A stretch of DNA of 64,000 nt. Source: Octopus vulgaris. Taxonomy: Eukaryota. Below the pieces are notes generated by a model that saw nothing but the letters and a program-made list of their open reading frames with translations, had not been told where the DNA came from and made no database searches. Within the stretch, counting starts at the first letter, position 1. The number at the start of each line of letters is the position of its first letter. Shown here piece after piece: positions 55,571 through 64,000 of this stretch. The translations under genes were made by a program, and so were the position numbers. The stretch lies in the NCBI GenBank assembly GCA_951406725.2, contig OX597822.1, positions 118,048,001 to 118,112,000 of the forward strand, written 5' to 3'.

Positions 55571-56508
55571 ATATATATATATATATATAGGCACGGGCGT
55601 TGGGTTTCAGGGTTCAATTCCATTGCGTGCCACTTTATACATATACCTATTAGCCTTGTATTAACTAATCTCTTAGACATGGAATTTTCTTGACGGAAAC
55701 TGTTCTGAAACGCGGAAACCCCACGTTGTCGGGACCCATTTTACTGTCGTTCTCTTTATGTACTCTATATTATTAGAAATAACACAGTTTGATCAATTCA
55801 ATCAACTATACACAATATAAAGAAGGTTTAGTAATGAAATGTTGTCGGGACGGGGGGGGGGCAGGTTTCATTGAGTATTTGACCCACACCCATACCTTTT
55901 CTTAGTCCATTATCTCCACCCCCAATGATGTATGGCACTGTGCCAATCACAGAAATTAATATCATGTTTTTACGAACAGGCAAATTGATAGAGACCACCT
56001 CAAACACAACAGCAACGAGTAATGAGAATTGATTAATTAAATACGAAACGAAGGAGACGGAAGTCTTCCTAATGATAACATGTCACAACCAGGACAGACA
56101 GACAGAATACGCATACATACACATACATACACATGCATACACATAGATGTGCGCATGCTACATATTTGTGTGTGTGTTTGTATGTGTATGTGTGCATCTG
56201 TATACATATAGTAATGCATAAATATACATACAGCTGTATACACATACAGCTGTATACACATACACACGTACACACACACGCACGCACACACACACACATA
56301 CGCACATACACACACGTACGCACTTGGTGCAGTTAGACGTTGAAATAATCGATATTGAATATTAATTGATAGGAAAAACATATCCTGACCTGATTTAACT
56401 GCTCTACTTTTCTATATTCAGCCACCATGTTTTCCTTTTGTTACCTTTCAACCATATATTTCAGGAGAACCTGAACGGCTTATTTATTTATACACGAACC
56501 ATTATTGT

Positions 56509-56553
<45 letters not shown>

Positions 56554-57248
56554 TGTGTGCGTGTGTGTGTGTATTAATTAATATAGAATAATGAATTTCA
56601 ATGTAGAACAACTGACATGCGGTTTTGGTTATCATGTCCAAACCGTTTCACATCACACAAATAATGAACTCAAATATCAAAAACTTGCATCTCACGTAAT
56701 CTTCCCTCTTCGAACTCTTCATACCGTGTTAATTATGGTCACATACTTGAGTGTGAAGCTAATGTTTGCTTTATATACGACGCTAAACTCTAAACAAGCA
56801 GACATTACAGGTCATTCAACATGATGCCTTTTCTATATTCAATGTAGAATAAGCGAACTGGGAGAAAAAACGATGGTCTAAGATTGCAGCAGTAAATTCG
56901 TTTGTGAGTTCCAGTTGCCATAGACAGCGGATAATCTACGACTTCGTTTTCTAGTCATAGGGGTAGACAAAATTTGTATTGTTATTTTGGTTGCAAGCTG
57001 ATAGTAGCCTCAATTTTCGGCGCAAAGCCAGAAGATTCGGGGCAAGTTGGGGTCTAGTCGGTTAAATCGATCCTAGTACTTGACTGGTACTTTATTTTAT
57101 TGAACCCAAAAGGATAAAAAGCAGGGAGCCAGAAATTTCTCAGTCTTTTTTTTCAATCTCTTTCTTATCGACTCTGCTGTCATAGGGAACTGCAAAATCT
57201 ATGATCTTACACTGTTCGTTACGACTACTACTACCACTATTTTCATTA

Positions 57249-57461
57249 GCGGCGAGCTCGCAGAGTCGTTAGCACTCCGGACAAAATGCTTAATGGCGTT
57301 TCATCCGCCCTTCCAATTCCAGTTGAAATTCCACCAAGGTTGACTTTGCTTTTTCTTCTTTTCGGGGTCGATAAAATAAGTACCAATTGAACACTGGGGT
57401 CGATGTAATCGATTCATCCCCTCTTTCAAAATGGCTGCCCTTATGGCAAAATTTGAAACCA
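57249..57461 (+). mobile_element. SINE family B
   Basis: GCGGCGAGCTCGCAGAGTCGTTAG...TTTCGGGGTCGATAAAATAAGTACC...TTTGAAACCA. Confidence 0.9.
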
Positions 57462-57513
57462 TTATCATTATTGTTGTTGTTGTTGTTGCTATTATTAACA
57501 ATATTATTATTAT

Positions 57514-57569
<56 letters not shown>

Positions 57570-58935
57570 TCATCATTATCATTATATTCCTTTATCCACA
57601 AAATGTTGGCCCGTTCTCTAATATTTGATGCGCATAGAATTAGCAGAAATTTTTTTCAAAATCGAATTTGCTCTATCCAAATAAGTCAGCCCCGATTGAG
57701 TCGATTCATTGGCAAAACTATTCTATGACTATCCGAAATTTTCAAGTTGTCTACAACTACATTATACAATATATTCTTTCTTGTTTGTGACGGTTGAGTT
57801 TGATTTGCAGTAGATTTTGTTGCCATTTCTAGCTGGTCGGTTGATCATGTAGAGCTGTTTTCCTGCTGGTTTGTAGTCGCCAATAGCAACCCGATAAAAC
57901 AACGGGATTTCTGCTTGTTCATGTAAAAAAACATTTAATTTAGACGTTACTCATAATAGTGTATATTCCGCAAAGTCTTCATAACATGGTCTCCTTCTCC
58001 AGTCGGAAATAATTCTCTCGTGACAGTAATGCTCTTTGTAAACACATGAAACGCATTTTTTTTTCCATCAAAATATTTACAGCTTCATTCTTAAATAGAA
58101 TATTATTATTTCAGTTGCTTTGCTCAACTTTGAAGAAGAAAAAGTCAATAATTTAACTATTCTCTAATCAGAAATATTAATCAATGTTGTTTACGTCATA
58201 GATAGTAACTTCAAGAAAAGTGAAATAAATCATTTTTAACGATTGAACTCGAAAGCTATAAAATAATAGCGTGTAGCCTACGCCTTGTTCTGCCTTCCAC
58301 GTTCTTTCCATCCTGGGACTTTTTTTAACCCAGCATTTTACACGCCATTATTCTATAACGTTTTCTGCTTCGAATTCCACCTTTAAATACTTGTTTATAA
58401 ATCAATAATATGTTGGCGCTATTTTGATATAAGAAAGAGATATCGATCATTCGGGGTATGTTTTGAATGCTTCACGTTCACAGGATGATTTCGAACTCAG
58501 TACATCAAGCTGACGAAATACTTTTCTGTCCCATCATGCTACACCTGCCAACTGCAGGGAACTTCACTACAACAATATTCTGTTATTACATGTAAACTGC
58601 CGAAGCCATTGTAATTCCATTGACTGGTCAATGGCGAACGAAATGCCATTGCTTAAACGACGTTTATCACGTCTGGATGCTCTTCATAATTTGATATACA
58701 CTGCAAAGAAAATAAACTCATCTCACTTGAACATGCTTGTCAATGTGAAATATAAGATTGACTGTCATTGCGATCGATATCAGTAAGGGATAAATTACTC
58801 GTTGTCGTTAAACAACATCTGGTCTCGGGAGTTAAAAGAGCAGTTAGCTAAATAGAAGATAAAACATTATATAAACAGAATTTCTGTGCTAGATTCCAAA
58901 CTTTAACGAGAGTAAATATATTGCACTTTCGACTG

Positions 58936-58978
<43 letters not shown>

Positions 58979-59153
58979 TGTGTGACACGTAAGTTTTCAC
59001 TAGGACAGGTTGGAAGGAGATCTACAATTACGTGTTTAGAGAGGTGTCGAATTATTGACTGAGAAATGCAAGCAAGATGTGTTGAATTACTGCAGAGAAG
59101 TGCGAGAAAGCCGAAACTTCGAGGTCACTGCCTTCCTTTTCCTTGTAAAAAAC

Positions 59154-59186
<33 letters not shown>

Positions 59187-59199
59187 CTGTTCACCAGGA

Positions 59200-59660
59200 A
59201 ATACTTAATTCAGTATCGAGCATTTTACCACAGAAGTTCAATATTTGATCATTTTGACAGGAGGATATTATGATCGATTCTGTCGAACGCTCGGCTGAAG
59301 TCAGGATATATGACATCAGAGTTTGAACTTGATCGCCTAACTTTAAGGACCTCATCGATGTGACGTGACAGCTGGCGCAGCGAAAGCCGTGCTTGGTGGA
59401 ATTTAGAAGATTGTGGTTCTCCAGGAATCCAGGTATCCTAGATCCCACCACCCTTTCAACCACTTTGATTGTGCGGGAGGTGAGTGAGATTGCGCGATAG
59501 TTAAGGGAAAGACACCTGTTTGAAGACACATTGTTGAAGGGATGATAGATTATGATGAGAACTATTACCGTACATAGGCTGAGTATATAGAATTTCCATC
59601 AGAGGTTCGTTAAAGGGCTTGCAAGTTGGTGTCTGCATTCCTTCAGGACATTAGTTAGGA
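59200..59660 (-). mobile_element. CR1/L2-type LINE reverse transcriptase fragment
   Basis: LKECRHQLA.PL, NYRAISLTS..IKV.ER, FLENHNLL...HGFR, and in another frame DFSRAFDRIDH. Confidence 0.8.
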
Positions 59661-59682
59661 GTCTATAAGAACCTAATGCAGA

Positions 59683-60101
59683 GTGCGGTGGGAGCTGGCA
59701 GACACGTTAGCACGCCGCGCGAAATGCTTAGCGGTATTTCGTCTGCGTTACGTTGTGAGTTCGAATTCCGCCGAGGTCGACTTTGCTTTTCATCCTTTCT
59801 GTGCCGATTAAATAAGTACCAGTTACGCACTGGGGTCGATGTAATCGACTTAATACCTATGTCTGTCCTTGTTTGTCCCCTCTGTGTTTAGCCCCTTGTG
59901 GGTAATAAAGAAATAGGTATTTCGTCTGCCGCTATACGTTCTGAGTTCAAATTCCGCCATGGTCGACTTTGCCTTTCATCCTTTCTGGGTCGATTAAATA
60001 AGTACCAGTTATACGCTGGGGTCGATGTAATGGACTTATTCCGTTTGTCTGTCCTTGTTTGTCCCCGCTGTGTTTAGCCCCCTGTGGGTAATAATGAAAT
60101 A
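59683..60101 (+). mobile_element. SINE family B tandem dimer with 19-bp TSD
   Basis: Full copy followed by a 5'-truncated second copy from ~59916; exact TSD TATAAGAACCTAATGCAGA at 59664-59682 and 60102-60120. Confidence 0.93.
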
Positions 60102-60579
60102 TATAAGAACCTAATGCAGAATAATATTTGACTTCATTTATTGCTTCTTTGATCTCTGAGCAGTAAAAGTTATATCAGCGATATAATGTTTGGAATAGTG
60201 TTCGTTTAGATCCGTTGCATCAATATGTGTGGAATAACTAAATACACTAACAAGATAGAAAAGGCACTTATCAGGAGAATTTTTTTAAAATCATCCAACT
60301 GAATTACTATCGTGAACAGCATCCACTTTCAGCGGCAATAATAAGGTTTCAATTGGAGAAATATTATCTGCAGATCTGCATGAAAACCTGCATCGAGAAG
60401 CAAAGAGCTGCAGAGAAAAATTGAGTAATGAAAAAGAATGAAACATAACAGAAAAGTGTTCTGATCATCTGCCAGCAAGCATAGGACCGCTTTCTCACCG
60501 GTTGGTCCACTGATGGAGGGTAACGGCATTTTCCACCATGACGCTAAGAAATTGCAGAAGTCCTGCAGATATAATACTG

Positions 60580-60645
<66 letters not shown>

Positions 60646-60704
60646 ATATATCTATCTATCTCTACCTCTCTTTTCTTCTCTTTCTCTCTCTCTTTCTATC
60701 ACTC

Positions 60705-61005
<301 letters not shown>

Positions 61006-61044
61006 ATATATAATACCTGTACATCATCTCCAAACCTTCCAATG

Positions 61045-61115
<71 letters not shown>

Positions 61116-61191
61116 AAGTAAAAACATGATGCCAAGGATTTATAACAATGCATAATGTATGTCTGTGGCCTTCTTCAGCCGCGCACAACAG

Positions 61192-61552
61192 GCGAAAAAC
61201 GTAATATATTCATGTGAGGTGAGTACCCAGTTTAACACACTCAACCTCCTGGAAATCCAGATACTACAACCACCGGTCCTCGCTGAAGCACAGACATAAG
61301 GCTAACAGCACCTCCCTTTCTAAAAAAATTTGGGAATTAAAAGACAAATGCATAGGCTTCAAACTCAGGTGGTCCATCATCGGATCAGCTGCACCTTATT
61401 TAAATAATAGAGCATGATGCCAACTATGTTGTGTAGAACTCCTGAACATCTTGAAATTCAAAGACAAACACAATCTTATTAACAAAAGGTCAGAGTTCAA
61501 ACCATCCTGTATACACAAACTTATTAATACTTTCAAATACTACAAAGCTTAG
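61192..61552 (+). pseudogene. PLE GIY-YIG endonuclease remnant (absent from the ORF track)
   Basis: KNVIYSCEV (YIG segment lost, frameshift), then from 61247 WKSRYYNHRSS...STSLSKKIWELK...W.II..A.PY....*CQLC..E...I.......LINKRSE....C.H..stop. Confidence 0.8.
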
Positions 61553-61699
61553 GTTATTATACCAACTCCCCCATGCAATTTCCTCCCACCCGGTGCAACC
61601 TGTCGGCTCCAGCACATCCCGCTTTCCTATATGTGCGTGTATATGCGTATATGTGTGCGTATATATATATATGTATGTGCACATATGTGTATGTATATG

Positions 61700-61731
<32 letters not shown>

Positions 61732-63567
61732 GGTGTGTGTATGTGCATATATGTTTCCCTGCATTTTCCTCCTATATATACACATTTTGTCTCCCATATA
61801 TGTCTTTTTTCCCTACATATTTCTTCTCCTACACCCATATCCTTCCTATATAGTCTCTTTATTTCCCTATATCTACACCCTTTCACATTTCTAACTCGGA
61901 TGTTGAACGCACACCGCCAAACTCCACTTCCCACCCTTCCAATTTTCAGTTCCCCCCGCCCGCCCCTACGTGGGCACCTTTAACACACACCTCTAACTTT
62001 CAACCACCTTCATCCCATGTTAAACTTTACCAGATTATATTTTTATTTTATTTTATTTTTATTTTTACTTTTATTTTGCTTTATCCTATTCTACTTCGCT
62101 TTACCTTTATTCTCATTTTTATTTTCATCCCTTATCTTAATTCTTATAATTTTTATAATTTTTATATTTCATTTCTAACTTTTACATTGTATTTCTTATT
62201 TTATATTGTATTTCTTACTTTTATTTCTAATTTTTACTCTTACCCTCATTCTTACCCCTAACTTATCGCTTTATACCTCTATATATGTCTATTTTTTTTG
62301 CTTATCCCTTATTTACTTACCTATGGATCCGCTTTATGATTATACGAGCGTCCGTGTACGTATGTATACGTATACATATGTGTACATATGTACGAGTAAA
62401 CATCTACGTCTGGATGTGCATACCCCGTATTTCTTTACATTTTTTTACATGTTTTCTTATACTCATATGTTTACACCTATTTGTATACATCTTTTAATAT
62501 CTTATAGCTATACCCATATGCGCGTATGTCTCTGTGTGTGTATGCAAGTGTATATTTGCACGCACATATGGACACACAGCCATGTGTACGTGCACGTGTG
62601 GACGTGAGTGCGTGATTCTTTACATACGTTCTTATATACATCCTTTAATATCTTATATCTAAACCTGGAAGCGCGGGCATATGTGTATGTGTATGTAAGG
62701 ATGGACGCACGTATGTATATGTGGGTGTGTACACGTATAATGTCCGTGTATACATGCGGATATTCTGTTGTATGTATGTATATGTACGCGCGTGCGTATG
62801 GGTGTATGTGTGTTTATGTACATGTTTACACGTGAGTGCGTGTGTTTGCTTATAGGCTTGGAGCCGTGTATGCGCGCGTATATGTGCGCGTGTATATGGG
62901 TGTATGTATCCATGATGGTATGTATGTACAAGATGACCAATTAATTCAAAGAACTAGATTAACCGCTCAACAGCTCTGATTTACAACACACTAGGTCCCC
63001 AGACAACTTCTACAACTAAACTTTATAAACTACAACTAAACTTTATCAATCTCCTGACCACCATGTTTGGTCCGTAACCTCTATACATCCCTTATCTTTA
63101 TATTTTTTTATATTTTTTTACATTTTTACCATGTTTATTCCTATTTTTATTTTTTTTACTTTTTACTTTTATTTCTATTTCTATCTTTACTTTATAACCT
63201 TATGCCTTTACATTTATTTATATTTCTTTATATTTCTTTATATTCTTTATACCACCTTTACATCTCCTTATATCCCTTTATATCTTTATACTCTACATTT
63301 TTATATTTTTCTATACTTACACTTTTTATACATACATTTTTTATCCCTCGTCCTGAATTCTCGCCCCTCCATCTTCACGTCTATATATGTATTTATTTAT
63401 TTACATTACTTCAACATCCAAATTTCCTCATTCTACATTGAGAGAAGAAAGAGATGGACGCTTCAATTCTATGCTGTTGCCGCATTATGTCGTACGCGAA
63501 TGAGAGGATTTGCATCCCCAACCAAGAATTTTTGGTGTAACACATGTCCTTGTGGAAGCTGTTGTGC

Positions 63568-63645
63568 GCGGCTGAAGAAGGCCACAGACATACATTATGC
63601 ATTGTTATAAATCTGTCTAATAAAGGCCCGAAACATATGTACCGC
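63568..63645 (+). ncRNA. Type-I hammerhead ribozyme with canonical core
   Basis: GCGG-CTGAAGA-A-GGCC(ACAGA..TCTGT..AATAAA)GGCC-C-GAAAC-ATAT-GTA-CCGC: stem I GCGG/CCGC, palindromic stem III ACATATGT, GUA cleavage triplet. Confidence 0.75.
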
Positions 63646-63753
63646 TGAATCCTTGGCATCATGTTTTTATTTTTATTTTGATCAATTTACTCCACCACCT
63701 ACACCACCAAACGGTATACACAGGTGCTTGTAATTATCAAGTACTCACCCCGA

Positions 63754-63803
<50 letters not shown>

Positions 63804-63967
63804 ATATATATACACATACATATGTATAGATATTTACAATTATATAATTACACGTTTATCTAATAGAGCAAAATAAACATACATGTGTGTGTATCTACAC
63901 CCGCACACATAAACACACACAATATTTTATTCTGTCTCATCTATACTCGTTTGTTTCTAGACATCAT

Positions 63968-64000
63968 ACTCTTTACTCCTTACTTGTTTCAGTCATTTGA
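63968..64000 (-). mobile_element. SINE family A tail, running off the window
   Basis: TACTCTTTACTCCTTACTTGTTTCAGTCATTTGA. Confidence 0.8.

Larger units (their letters stand above)
61119..63700 (+). mobile_element. Penelope-like retroelement (GIY-YIG; Naiad-like motifs), 5'-truncated, with inverted partial pseudo-LTR
   Basis: 61119-61191 is an inverted, internally deleted copy of 63559-63668; 61192-61552 encodes a GIY-YIG C-terminal domain; a long low-complexity region follows; hammerhead at 63568-63645. Confidence 0.8.

Noticed and set aside
60200-60570. Second mariner remnant (FHHD-like motif)
   Set aside because: A single short motif, with no TIRs found.
61413-61420. In-frame TGA next to CxxC in the PLE GIY-YIG remnant read as selenocysteine (some Naiad PLEs are reported selenoproteins)
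   Set aside because: The TGA precedes the Cys, at a position that is usually basic, so CGA>TGA decay is simpler. The downstream ATGA hairpin at ~63499-63550 lacks the 3' GA of a SECIS quartet.

Overview
AT-rich eukaryotic non-coding DNA, intergenic or deep intronic. Its tRNA-derived SINEs and extreme (TA)n/(TATG)n/(TTA)n microsatellite load look like a cephalopod (Octopus-type) genome; this is inferred by eye and not database-checked. I found no credible host protein-coding gene, and nearly all long ORFs in the track are microsatellite artefacts. The real coding remnants all come from transposons: a deleted mariner (2.8-3.7 kb), three R4/Dong-like RLE retrotransposon pieces (19.7, 37.3 and 38.6 kb), a HERO-like element (30.1-31.4 kb), CR1-type RT pieces, a possible L1/Tx1-type 3' end, and Penelope-like elements (PLEs), including a GIY-YIG-bearing copy at 61.1-63.7 kb. 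There are also about 25 SINE copies in four families, some with clean TSDs, and hAT, TTAA-type and Tigger-type MITEs. The most striking hidden pattern is that many short unique islands wedged between (TA)n tracts carry type-I hammerhead ribozyme motifs (stem I-CUGANGA-stem II-GAAAC-palindromic stem III-NUH), often inside long inverted repeats. I count about 10 such motifs from several sequence families, and the one at 63568-63645 has a fully canonical core. I interpret these as PLE pseudo-LTRs or retrozyme-like mini-elements associated with (TA)n.
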